64,000 nt of DNA from positions 23,370-87,369 of the forward strand of contig CAYZZH010000001.1 in assembly GCA_964483005.1 (NCBI GenBank). Direction: 5' to 3'. The position numbers were made by a program, and so were the translations under genes. This document shows, piece after piece, positions 26,624 to 36,049 of this stretch (position 1 is its first letter; every line of letters begins with the position of its first letter). The stretch is from an uncultured Candidatus Saccharibacteria bacterium (GTDB taxonomy: Bacteria; Patescibacteriota; Saccharimonadia; Saccharimonadales; UBA4665). The notes under the pieces are model-generated. The model made no database searches. It saw only the letters and a program-made list of their open reading frames with translations, and had not been told where the DNA came from.

Positions 26624-28733
26624 GAAGGCTTTACTTATACCTTTGCTCGTATCTCTGGGGGTGGTGCTAGCTTTTTCCGGACAAATTCTTCATAGCTTGA
26701 AGGTGCTAAGCGAAGCGGTGCAAGTCTCATCTTCTTTCTTAAGTATGTTAATGCTGGCAGCGCTCCTTCAACTGGCTGGCCATGTAGTGCGGGCATATAA
26801 AACACGCTACATTCTTTCTCCCGTTAAGGCGTCGAGCACAAGGTTCCAGTTTCGCGCACTGACGTTGGGGTATCTCTGTAATACTGTATTTCCGTTGCGA
26901 CTCGGGGAGCTTGTGCGATCATATATAATGGCCTCGGCCGATAAGATTAGTTGGGGCCTGACGCTATCCCTGGTGCTCTTTGAAAGAGCTATTGACGCGC
27001 TACTACTATTGATTTTCGTGAGCGTCCTAGTGCTCTTTGGCTGGATAGACCCAACCAAAATTATTGCAGTGCTGATGGCGCTCGGTGTTTTTTCAGGAGG
27101 TGTATTAATATTTACCATTGCATTAGTGTATGAATGGCCACCACTTATTCGTTGCATACAACGTACGGCAGAGCTGTTTAACTCGAGGGTCAAACAGGCC
27201 GTACGCTTTAAGGCGTGGTCAGTTATATATGGACTCCAACAGGTTATGCGCCGACAATCGATTGGACGCTATGTTGCGCTTTCGTGTCTAAGCTGGGTAT
27301 TCTATGCGGGCTCTATGGTTCTTGTTGTTCTGCAATTCAACGCAATTACCATAAACACAAAAAATCTATCTATCGGAGCCGCAAGCCCATATTACGGGGT
27401 AGCGGTGCCTTCTGTTGGTCCTGCAAGTCTGGGAAGTTATTCAAAACAGGCGAACGATATCAATGCAGCGTTGCCACTATCTGAAAACGAGCGAACTGCA
27501 TTTGACCTCACAGCTTGGTTTGTGGTTGTTGCCCCAACGGCGTTCGTGGCTGTCATTCTTCTGCTAATAAAAACTAAAGAACCTCTATGGAGGCAACTAC
27601 CTAAATCATCGGCTAGGAGTGCATTGCTAGATAAGTTGGCTAGAGAGGAAGACATTAGCAAAGAAATGGAAGAATTTCTAGAGAACTATTTTGCAGGAAA
27701 TACACTTTCTAGAATTGTGCATAGATTAGAACGTGAAGGAGAGTTTAGCTTACTCAAATATTTTAAAGGTGGATCTGACGCCATTACTATTCTTGTCTCT
27801 GATAAGCAGGGGAACGTATTTGTCAAAAAAATTATCGCACTTTCATACAAAGATAGGCTAAAAGCACAGTACGAATGGTTGAAGCGACACGCTCACAAAA
27901 ATATAGTTAAAGTTGATTCCGAAAAGACGGGGAGCGACTACTATGCAATAGACATAGCGTATGATGAAAACGATGAAATGTTTTTCGACTATCTCCATCA
28001 CGCTTCTCCTGAAGACACACAACAGGTAATGATTGCTGTGTGGAAGTGTCTATCGCACACACTCTACCAACATACAGAAACAGTTACGGACTATGTTGCC
28101 CTCGATGAGTACGTGAATAAGCATGTCTGGGGTTGTTTCGAGAAGGCTGCCTTAGCGCATGCTGAACTTAAAATGGCGGTAGTGCCCCGTACCATACGCA
28201 TCAACGGCAAGCGCTATGACAACCTATCTACCATTATGAAGAAAATCATGGCGCATCCACAGGCACGTAAAGACCTTGCGACGTATGCGAAGGGCACGGA
28301 AGTGGATGGTGACATTGCGGTTGATAACATCCTGGTTTCTAAAAAAACTCGTCAAGTACGCATCATTGATCCCGCACCAGACGGTAACATTTTTACCGGA
28401 CCGGTCTTTGATTTCGGGAAAAATATGCAGTCACTGTACTGCGGATATGAGTTTTTGTTTCGCAGCAACGAAGCTGTTGTGCTGGGTGAGAACGGGGAGA
28501 TTAACTTCCAAGACCAGCGTTCGCAACAGTATGTACAGTTATGTGATTTCGTGCGACGTGAACTCGCTCCGCAGTATCTCAGTACCGGAGAGCAAAAGGC
28601 AATTATATTTCATGCTGCTGCCTTGCACATCCGTCGCCTAAAACACCAGGTGTATCAAAATCCATCAGTTGCCCTGGCTATGTATGCAGTGGGCGTAAGG
28701 ACCTTTAACGATTTTCTCAACCAATACAAATGA
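26613..28733 (+). CDS. Fusion protein: N-terminal UPF0104/LPG-synthase-TM (flippase-like) domain plus C-terminal APH/choline-kinase-like phosphotransferase domain
   Basis: 706 aa. LGYLCNTVFPLRLGELVRSYIMA in a ~320-aa multi-TM part. VDGDIAVDNILVSKKTRQVRIIDPAPD resembles the HxDxxxxN...D kinase core. Confidence 0.5.
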   Translation: MSLRKALLIPLLVSLGVVLAFSGQILHSLKVLSEAVQVSSSFLSMLMLAALLQLAGHVVRAYKTRYILSPVKASSTRFQFRALTLGYLCNTVFPLRLGELVRSYIMASADKISWGLTLSLVLFERAIDALLLLIFVSVLVLFGWIDPTKIIAVLMALGVFSGGVLIFTIALVYEWPPLIRCIQRTAELFNSRVKQAVRFKAWSVIYGLQQVMRRQSIGRYVALSCLSWVFYAGSMVLVVLQFNAITINTKNLSIGAASPYYGVAVPSVGPASLGSYSKQANDINAALPLSENERTAFDLTAWFVVVAPTAFVAVILLLIKTKEPLWRQLPKSSARSALLDKLAREEDISKEMEEFLENYFAGNTLSRIVHRLEREGEFSLLKYFKGGSDAITILVSDKQGNVFVKKIIALSYKDRLKAQYEWLKRHAHKNIVKVDSEKTGSDYYAIDIAYDENDEMFFDYLHHASPEDTQQVMIAVWKCLSHTLYQHTETVTDYVALDEYVNKHVWGCFEKAALAHAELKMAVVPRTIRINGKRYDNLSTIMKKIMAHPQARKDLATYAKGTEVDGDIAVDNILVSKKTRQVRIIDPAPDGNIFTGPVFDFGKNMQSLYCGYEFLFRSNEAVVLGENGEINFQDQRSQQYVQLCDFVRRELAPQYLSTGEQKAIIFHAAALHIRRLKHQVYQNPSVALAMYAVGVRTFNDFLNQYK

Positions 28734-28734
28734 G

Positions 28735-29220
28735 CTAGTGTTTGTTTTTTGCGTGAAAAACAAACCTGTCATAGGTGAGGAAATTGTATATAAGTATAAG
28801 TACAACCATAAAACCGAATGCTCCCGTTTTAGCGACAAAGTCATAGCTAAAGGGTAGGTGCAGGTTGCTGGTAATGGTATGTACGGCACGGTATAGAGAG
28901 TTAAAATGAATGAATACGCTCAATAAAACAGGTCGTAGTATCCACATACCTAGGCCAGTAAATGTAAAAAACTTCAGTATAGTTACACGACTCACAGAGC
29001 GATCGCGCCACGTAATGAAACGGTGCGTGAGAAAAGCACAAAGGAGCGCAACAGTGCCCGAAATAAAGCCTGCGAGAGCCAAGCTGTTCTGCTCCGTCAA
29101 AAATACTTGTGTCAATACAGTGTAAAATGCGAAGTCAAGCAGTGTATTGAAGATCCCGACACAAAGAAAAACTAATTTTCGTGTATGTTTTGTGTGAGGT
29201 GATATCTTTTGCTCGTTCAT
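28735..29220 (-). CDS. GtrA-family membrane protein
   Basis: 161 aa, 4 TM. KLVFLCVGIFNTLLDFAFYTVL. Confidence 0.7.
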   Translation of the reverse strand: MNEQKISPHTKHTRKLVFLCVGIFNTLLDFAFYTVLTQVFLTEQNSLALAGFISGTVALLCAFLTHRFITWRDRSVSRVTILKFFTFTGLGMWILRPVLLSVFIHFNSLYRAVHTITSNLHLPFSYDFVAKTGAFGFMVVLILIYNFLTYDRFVFHAKNKH

Positions 29221-29936
29221 TGCATGCCTTTCAGGTAAGCTTGTAGCTCCTCAGGCGTTCCAAATATGTATTTTCGATCAACTTTGGCTATCTCGACAGT
29301 GCCACCTCGTGTAAGGAGCATATTGAAAAGGTGGGAAACAAAGTATTCTTTCAGATCATGTGCCAGCGGTTTACTTAAAAATTCTGAGGCTAATGCTTTG
29401 AACTGTGCGCCAGTCGAGAAAAAATAACCACCCAAAAGTGCCTGGTTAGATATCACTATTTTTTCGGCAGTACGCAGTACCTTGCCGGCTTTATCTGTTT
29501 CTACATAACTGTACCGCGGGTCGGTTGACGCAAAGGTGAGTAACATACCATCGGGTTTATCATCGGCTGCAATCTTCTTAAAATAATCCGTTGACTCAAA
29601 GTATATGTCACAGTCTGCGATAGCAATCGGATCTCTGTCGCCGATGTCATTTGCGGCTACCATACATGATTCGACTGCACCTTCAGTATCATGATCAAGT
29701 ATGTTGATGCGGGCGTTCGGTATTTGTGCTCGGATCTGTTGAGTGAGTTGGTGTGTGTCATCGTGTTCTTTCCGTATCACGAATATATACTGCACATTTT
29801 TAACTGGCTTGAAACTGTCGAGTGCGCGCATGAACATTGGCTTGCCGTCAACCTCTATAAGTGGCTTCGGCGTTGTATAACCTTCTTTGGCAAAACGGCT
29901 TCCTAGGCCTCCCATAGACATCAGAACTTGTAGCAT
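29217..29936 (-). CDS. Sugar-phosphate nucleotidyltransferase-fold protein
   Basis: 239 aa. MGGLGSRFAKEGYTTPKPLIEVDGKPM N-terminal NTP-binding loop. Confidence 0.55.
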   Translation of the reverse strand: MLQVLMSMGGLGSRFAKEGYTTPKPLIEVDGKPMFMRALDSFKPVKNVQYIFVIRKEHDDTHQLTQQIRAQIPNARINILDHDTEGAVESCMVAANDIGDRDPIAIADCDIYFESTDYFKKIAADDKPDGMLLTFASTDPRYSYVETDKAGKVLRTAEKIVISNQALLGGYFFSTGAQFKALASEFLSKPLAHDLKEYFVSHLFNMLLTRGGTVEIAKVDRKYIFGTPEELQAYLKGMQ

Positions 29937-29937
29937 G

Positions 29938-30714
29938 TCAGAGCACCTCTTTGCATTGGTAATCGTCTGATTTTTTGGTTTGCCTATACTTTAGAAAACC
30001 AAATCGCCAGCCCAGAAGGTTTATGAGTGCTGTTTTGGCGATGTTGAAATTACGCGCATTGGAAACTTGGTCTTCCTCACGCCAGGTTATGGGCACGTAT
30101 GCAAACCTTACACGTCTTTTTATAAGGTCGAGCAGGAGCTCAAAGTTAAAGGTGAGCTTATCAGCAAACTCAAGGTATGTACGCTGGTCGAGATCCTTCA
30201 CTGCAAACAAATTTAGGCCGGACCCGAGGTCTTGACAGTGTCGAAAAGTCAAAAGCGTATACGCCACATTGAGTACACGGTTGCCGGCTATTCGTTTCCG
30301 GTCGTATCCATGTAACGTGGATCCTCTACTGAAACGAGAGCCCAGCACAGTTTGTGCCTCTGCGTGTGCAGCAGCGTAGTCGAGCAGCAGATTACCCTCA
30401 TCACTTTTCGCTTGGTTATCACCGTGGAGTATCAGCACGTGTGTCAAATCTAGTTCTTGGGCGTGCAGAAACGCGACTTTATGGGTACCGCCTAGATTGT
30501 AATTATTGACATTCTGATACACATGCAAGTCTTTAAGTCGATTCGCTTTTTTGTATTCTAGAGCAGCCTGCACTGTGTTATCTGTGCTACCATTGTCGAT
30601 AACGGCTATCTCGTGGACGCGTCCCGCCAGCTTCTCATCAATTTCATCAAGCGTGCGTATAATTTGCTTCTCGCAGTTATACGACGGTATGGCTATGAGA
30701 ACTCTTTGTTCCAT
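29938..30714 (-). CDS. Glycosyltransferase family 2 (polyprenyl-phosphate sugar synthase-like)
   Basis: 258 aa. IAIPSYNCEKQI...VIDNGSTDNT...ILHGDNQ (DxD-type). Confidence 0.75.
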   Translation of the reverse strand: MEQRVLIAIPSYNCEKQIIRTLDEIDEKLAGRVHEIAVIDNGSTDNTVQAALEYKKANRLKDLHVYQNVNNYNLGGTHKVAFLHAQELDLTHVLILHGDNQAKSDEGNLLLDYAAAHAEAQTVLGSRFSRGSTLHGYDRKRIAGNRVLNVAYTLLTFRHCQDLGSGLNLFAVKDLDQRTYLEFADKLTFNFELLLDLIKRRVRFAYVPITWREEDQVSNARNFNIAKTALINLLGWRFGFLKYRQTKKSDDYQCKEVL

Positions 30715-30796
30715 GACGGTAGTATATCACTCGGTCTGGCTGAAAGTAGAGGAGAAACGGTGTATACTGAAAACGCAGACTAAAGGAGGGAAACAG

Positions 30797-31573
30797 GTGA
30801 AAAAACTTATTGCGTTTGATTTGGATAATACGTTGGCGGAGTCGAAGTCGCAAATCCCCGACGCTATGGGTGAGGCGCTGGGTAAGCTGCTAGAGAAATA
30901 CGATGTGTGCATTATATCGGGCGGTAAGTTTGAGCAGTTTTTAAAGCAGGTTATTAACCGTTTAGAGGTGTCAGACGAACAGCTGAGCCGGCTACACATT
31001 ATGCCCACCTGCGGCACGCGCTATTATCGCTATGAACAGGTCGAAAAAAAGTGGAAAATGCTTTATCACAACGACCTCACCGCCGACCAAAAAAAGCGCG
31101 TGCGAGCAGCGTTTGAAAGCGGTGCAAAAAAGCTCGGGCTATGGGAGGCAAAGCCGTACGGCGAAATTATCGAGGACCGTGGTTCGCAAATGACCTACTC
31201 GGCACTGGGCCAAGACATTGGTGAAATGCTCGGCGAGGAAGGCATAAAGCGTAAGTACGAATGGGACCCAGGCATGTCCAAGCGCAATAAACTCAAAGAG
31301 CTCATTGCGCCAGAGCTCGACGACTTAGAGGTGCGCGTTGGCGGCGTGACTAGCATAGATGTCACGCTGATCGGTGTCGACAAAGCGTACGGCATGAAAA
31401 AACTTATCGAAGCACTTGGCATTAGCAAAGAAGAAATCGTGTTTGTAGGCGACATGCTGCAAGAGGGCGGCAACGACTATCCCGTACGCGCCATGGGCAT
31501 CGACTGGGTGGAGGTCGAGAACTACAAGGCAACACCATACGTCATAAACGGCATGTTGGCAGTAACCGAATAA
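30797..31573 (+). CDS. HAD-IIB phosphomannomutase-like protein (eukaryotic-type PMM family)
   Basis: Track ORF 30551..31573. Start placed at GTG 30797 after AAGGAGG. KKLIAFDLDNTLAES, GGVTSIDVTLIGVDKAYG, FVGDMLQEGGNDYPV. Confidence 0.6.
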   Translation: MKKLIAFDLDNTLAESKSQIPDAMGEALGKLLEKYDVCIISGGKFEQFLKQVINRLEVSDEQLSRLHIMPTCGTRYYRYEQVEKKWKMLYHNDLTADQKKRVRAAFESGAKKLGLWEAKPYGEIIEDRGSQMTYSALGQDIGEMLGEEGIKRKYEWDPGMSKRNKLKELIAPELDDLEVRVGGVTSIDVTLIGVDKAYGMKKLIEALGISKEEIVFVGDMLQEGGNDYPVRAMGIDWVEVENYKATPYVINGMLAVTE

Positions 31574-31596
31574 AAAGTCTTGAGAAAGGGAAACTC

Positions 31597-32670
31597 ATGA
31601 AAATCATCGTGACAGCAGGTGGGCAGGGAACAAAAATGTGGCCGTACAGCCGACAAGAAAAACCAAAGCAGTTCCAGCCTATCATCGGCGACGAATCGAC
31701 CTACGTCCACAACATAAAAGTGCTGTTGCAAGACTTTGCCCCAGAGGACATTTACGTGTCAACCAAGCACAAATTTATTAAGTACATTAGTGAGCAGTCG
31801 CCGCAAATTCCGCTCAAAAACTACATTGTCGAGCCAGACATTGCCAAAGACCGTGGTCCAGGGGAAGGCCTGGCGTTTGTGCGGCTGAGTATGTTACATC
31901 CCAACGAGCCGTTTTTCCTCGTGCAGGCAGATTGTTACCGTGAGCCAGCCAACGAATTTTTACAGATGATCCACCACGCCGAAAAACTCGTTACCAAGCA
32001 CAAAAAACTTGTGACAGGCGGCGTAAAAGCCACCGAACCAAGCATTGGCGTCGACTACTTGCAGCTGGGTAAAACTCTTGGTGCAGATGCGTATGTTATA
32101 GACAAATTTGTGTTTCGCAAAAAAACCATCCGGGAAACGCGCGACCTTATTCAAAACTTTCACGTGGTGACACACTGTAACCACATGTGCTGGTACCCCG
32201 AACTCGCGCTTGACGCATACAAAAAGTATCGGCCAGATTGGTACGAAAAGCTCATGGCTATCAAAGAGGCCATTGACCAGCCGGGCGAACACGAAACCAT
32301 CGAGCGTCTTTACGGCGAAATGGAAAAAGGCCCCACCGAAGAAGTCACCACAAACATTATGGATAGCGGCGAGGCCATGGTCATACTGCTGCCGTTTAAA
32401 TGGACCGACCTTGGCACTTGGAACTCCGTGTACGACTACTTTTCCGGCACCCCCGAAAACTACGAAGACGGCAATGTCGTGACGGTCGACGCGCAAAACT
32501 CCCTTATAAAGTCGAGCAACCCGCAAAAGCTTGTGGCCGTAGCGGGGGTAGACGACCTGATCGTCGTAGACACCGACGACGCGCTCTTGGTGGTACCCAA
32601 AGACCAAGTCGATAAGATCAAAGACATCCAAGAGCTACTGGCGCAGCGCGAGAGCACCGAGTATCTATAG
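31597..32670 (+). CDS. manC: Mannose-1-phosphate guanylyltransferase-like nucleotidyltransferase
   Basis: 357 aa. MKIIVTAGGQGTKMWPYSRQEKPKQF. Confidence 0.6.
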   Translation: MKIIVTAGGQGTKMWPYSRQEKPKQFQPIIGDESTYVHNIKVLLQDFAPEDIYVSTKHKFIKYISEQSPQIPLKNYIVEPDIAKDRGPGEGLAFVRLSMLHPNEPFFLVQADCYREPANEFLQMIHHAEKLVTKHKKLVTGGVKATEPSIGVDYLQLGKTLGADAYVIDKFVFRKKTIRETRDLIQNFHVVTHCNHMCWYPELALDAYKKYRPDWYEKLMAIKEAIDQPGEHETIERLYGEMEKGPTEEVTTNIMDSGEAMVILLPFKWTDLGTWNSVYDYFSGTPENYEDGNVVTVDAQNSLIKSSNPQKLVAVAGVDDLIVVDTDDALLVVPKDQVDKIKDIQELLAQRESTEYL

Positions 32671-32678
32671 GGAAGACC

Positions 32679-33764
32679 GTGAAAATACTCTACGTTACGC
32701 GCAAATTCCCGCCCACTGTTGGCGGTATGGAAACAGCGGCGTACGAACTACATCGTGCCTTGCAGCCCCTGGCAAATGTCTGCCTCGTGAAGTACGGTGG
32801 CCCAAACAAATATTTGCCCATCATATACCCAATTCTCTTACTCCGCGCTCTTGTCACGGCGCTTTGGTTTCGCCCGCACATCCTGTACCTGCAAGACGGC
32901 ATGCTTGCCCCAATGGGCGTGGTGCTGCGGGCACTCACCCGTCGACCGTGCGTTATGTCGGTGCATGGTTTAGACGTCACGTTCAAAAACAAACAGTACC
33001 AGAAGATTATGCGGTACTGTTTTCCCAAAATGGATCAGCTTGTGGTAGGCAGCGACCAGACAGCGCAGGCCGTACAAGAGCGGTTTCCTGCGTTGCAGAC
33101 GGCGACAGTCATCTACGGCGTGCGCGACACGTTTTTTGTCGACAAACCGCGCACCGCACTGCGGCAGCAGCTTGCTACGGCGCTTCGGCTTGACGACGAC
33201 CTGACACACAAAAAGCTCATTGTCACAACTGGTCGACTTGTCCCGAGAAAAGGCGTCGCATGGTTTGTTGGTTCGGTCATGCCAGACCTAGTGCGTCACC
33301 AGCCCGAGCTGGTCTATCTTGTTGCAGGTAACGGGCCAGACAAAGAGGCTATTGCGCAACTGGTTGAGACCCACGGGCTGCAAAAACATGTTCGCATGCT
33401 GGGGTATGTTTCTGACGAGGTGCGAAACCTTTTGTACAATACGGCCGATATTTTTCTTATGCCAAACATCCGTATCCCGGGTGACATGGAAGGTTTTGGT
33501 CTGGTGGCTCTAGAGGCGGCCAGTTGCGGCACGCCTGTTTTTGCCAGCGGCATAGAAGGTCTCCTAGACGCAGTCGCCGACACTCACACTGGCTATCTTC
33601 TGCCCGCCCAAGACGCCCAGCAGTACGTGCAAATCCTCACGCGCGAGCTCAAAAACCCTTCGCTAGCACGCTCAAAAGTTCGCCAATACGTTTTAGAAAA
33701 CTTCTCGTGGGAAAAATCCGCCCAAGGCTACCTAAAAATTTTTGAAAAAGCAACTCGCCCCTGA
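32679..33764 (+). CDS. Glycosyltransferase family 4
   Basis: 361 aa. MEGFGLVALEAASCGTPVFASG. Confidence 0.8.
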   Translation: MKILYVTRKFPPTVGGMETAAYELHRALQPLANVCLVKYGGPNKYLPIIYPILLLRALVTALWFRPHILYLQDGMLAPMGVVLRALTRRPCVMSVHGLDVTFKNKQYQKIMRYCFPKMDQLVVGSDQTAQAVQERFPALQTATVIYGVRDTFFVDKPRTALRQQLATALRLDDDLTHKKLIVTTGRLVPRKGVAWFVGSVMPDLVRHQPELVYLVAGNGPDKEAIAQLVETHGLQKHVRMLGYVSDEVRNLLYNTADIFLMPNIRIPGDMEGFGLVALEAASCGTPVFASGIEGLLDAVADTHTGYLLPAQDAQQYVQILTRELKNPSLARSKVRQYVLENFSWEKSAQGYLKIFEKATRP

Positions 33765-33901
33765 GTCTCAACCGTTTTCATGCAAATATTTCTTACGATC
33801 GTGTAAGGTACTGCGGCTTAACTAACCATATCCGGCTGCGTCAGGGTTGGACCCTGGCGCAAGGGGTGCGATAGAGCGTAAGCTGTTGATCGACCGACTG
33901 A

Positions 33902-35740
33902 TTATTCCACCGTGACAGATTTGGCGAGGTTGCGGGGTTTGTCGACGTCGAGGCCTTTGCCGGCGGCAACGTAATAGGCAAAAAGCTGCACGACCATTGC
34001 GGTCAATATCGGGGCGGTTTGCTCCATGGTTTCGGGTATGTACACAACGTCGTCGGCGAGCTGGGCTATGTGCTGGTTGCCCTCGGTGGCTATTGCAATC
34101 ACCGGGCCTTTACGAGCGCGGATTTCCTCGATGTTACTGTACATTTTTTCGAGTAGTTGGTCGTTGGTGGCAATCACGAGGGTGGGGAAGTTTTCGTCGA
34201 TCATGGCGAGCAGGCCGTGCTTCATTTCTCCGGCCGCGCACCCCTCGGCGTGTATGTAGCTGACCTCTTTAAGCTTAAGCGCACCTTCGAGCGCGGTCGG
34301 GTACTGATAGCCGCGACCCATAAACAAAAAGTCTCGGTAGGTCGAATATTTGTTTGCCAAGTCTCGAATATGATCGGCTAGCCCAAGCACTGTCTCGGCT
34401 TTTTGCGGCAAACGGTCGATTTCCTCGAGCAGTGGGCGGTATAGCTCAGTGCGTCCTTGGCTGAGTGACAGGGCAATAGAAAGCAGCACAACATACTGTG
34501 CAATAAACGCTTTGGTGCTGGCAACCGCCTGTTCTGGTCCAGCGTGGCAGTACACGCCAGCATCAGTGGTGCGGGCAATGGTGCTGCCAATGGCGTTGAC
34601 GACCCCCAGCTTTAACACGCCGTAGTTTTGTACTTTTTGTAGTGCTGCGATGGTGTCGGCCGTTTCGCCCGACTGCGAAACAACTATTAGCGCAGTGCTC
34701 CGCGAAAACGGTTCTTTGCGATATTTAAACTCCGACCCCGCCTGCACCTCAACCGGTATACCGGCCAATTCCTCGATAGCATACTCGCCGAGCATCGACG
34801 CATAGTAAGCCGTGCCGCAGGCCACAATCACGATCCGGTCAATGTATTTTAGCTGGTCTTGCACGTCTTCGAGCCCGCCAAGCTTCACGATGCCGCTTTC
34901 TGGCCGTATTCGACCGAGTGCGGCCGAACGAATTGTTTGCGGTATTTCGTGTATTTCTTTGAGCATAAAGTGCGGGTAGTCGCCCATACTGGCCTGGTCG
35001 GCGTCGTAGTCAAGCGTTTCGGTGTCTCGCTCGACTGGTTCATCGCGGCCAAGGTCATATATGCGGTAGTCTCCGCCTCGCGTCACCACTAAGCGTTCTT
35101 TGTCGTTTAGGTACACAACCTCTTTGGTATGGGCAAGGAGCGCCGCCGGGTCAGAGGCAACAATGTACGAACCAGTCTCGGTCACACCCAGCACCAGCGG
35201 GCTACCAAGCCTCGCTGCATACAGCTTGTCTGGTTCGTGCGTGCTCATTGCCAAAAGCCCATATGCGCCTCGTAGTTGTTGCAGCGTTTGTACAAATGCT
35301 TCGGCAAAGCTGTTCCCTTGCTGGCAGTAAAAATCGAGCAAATGCGGAATAACTTCGGTGTCTGTTTCGGTCAAAAACTCGTAGCCCTTTTTCTTTAGCG
35401 TTTCTCGCAGGTCGGCGTAGTTTTCGATAATACCGTTGTGCACAACCAGTATGGAACGGTCGTGGTTAAAGTGCGGGTGAGCGTTTTGCACCGTTGGTGA
35501 ACCGTGCGTTGCCCACCGGGTATGGCCAATAGCGGTTTTGCTGCTGGGTGCAGGAGAGCCAAGTTTGTCGGCCAGTGACTGAACGCGCCCAGCCTGTTTC
35601 TCGACGACCATTTCGCCAGTTTCGCTTAAATACGCCACGCCCGCCGAGTCGTACCCGCGATATTCCAGCGCTTGCAGCCCGCTTACGACGACATCTACCG
35701 CCTTGTCTTCTGTACCAATAAACCCGACAATACCGCACAT
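33902..35740 (-). CDS. glmS: Glutamine--fructose-6-phosphate aminotransferase
   Basis: 612 aa. MCGIVGFIG... N-terminal nucleophile Cys. Two SIS domains. ends ...NLAKSVTVE. Confidence 0.96.
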   Translation of the reverse strand: MCGIVGFIGTEDKAVDVVVSGLQALEYRGYDSAGVAYLSETGEMVVEKQAGRVQSLADKLGSPAPSSKTAIGHTRWATHGSPTVQNAHPHFNHDRSILVVHNGIIENYADLRETLKKKGYEFLTETDTEVIPHLLDFYCQQGNSFAEAFVQTLQQLRGAYGLLAMSTHEPDKLYAARLGSPLVLGVTETGSYIVASDPAALLAHTKEVVYLNDKERLVVTRGGDYRIYDLGRDEPVERDTETLDYDADQASMGDYPHFMLKEIHEIPQTIRSAALGRIRPESGIVKLGGLEDVQDQLKYIDRIVIVACGTAYYASMLGEYAIEELAGIPVEVQAGSEFKYRKEPFSRSTALIVVSQSGETADTIAALQKVQNYGVLKLGVVNAIGSTIARTTDAGVYCHAGPEQAVASTKAFIAQYVVLLSIALSLSQGRTELYRPLLEEIDRLPQKAETVLGLADHIRDLANKYSTYRDFLFMGRGYQYPTALEGALKLKEVSYIHAEGCAAGEMKHGLLAMIDENFPTLVIATNDQLLEKMYSNIEEIRARKGPVIAIATEGNQHIAQLADDVVYIPETMEQTAPILTAMVVQLFAYYVAAGKGLDVDKPRNLAKSVTVE

Positions 35741-35809
35741 AGCACGCTCCTCTACTATCTTATTTTCGCTTTAGTACCTCCCCGCACCTAAACCTATGGC
35801 CAGACAACT

Positions 35810-35903
35810 GCTCAGAAATAGTGCCAGAGTGTCTGAGACAGGCCTGAAGTGTAACCGTAGTTACTCTGAAGACTGGCTGAGTACTCTGGTGCTGTTTCTG
35901 AGC
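35810..35903. repeat. 94-nt long hairpin/imperfect palindrome in the 309-nt glmS upstream region
   Basis: GCTCAGAAATAGTGCCAGAGT (35810-35830) pairs with ACTCTGGTGCTGTTTCTGAGC (35883-35903): 18 Watson-Crick pairs, plus 3 positions that are G:U only on the plus strand. Apical AGTGTAAC/GTTACTCT hairpin. Confidence 0.7.
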
Positions 35904-36049
35904 AGTTGGACCCGTAGGAGTAGGTGTGGTGAGGTACTAAGTATATTCCTCTAGTCTGCGCAACAACTCGCATTCCCACAACCACCGCTGGCATCAACTA
36001 TTTGACACCCCCTTCCCCTAGACCTACCGCAAAAAGGCTATAGCCTCTC

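Noticed and set aside
30551-30796. Upstream 82 codons of the track ORF 30551..31573
   Set aside because: This part overlaps the GT2 gene on the other strand. HAD motif I begins right after GTG 30797, which has an AAGGAGG site.
31960-32631. 223-aa minus-strand ORF
   Set aside because: It is antisense to the ManC-like gene and has no motifs.
35741-36049. Canonical glmS ribozyme upstream of glmS
   Set aside because: By eye I could not find the conserved core elements on the sense strand. It is kept only as an unexplained structured leader, and a cmsearch is needed for certainty.
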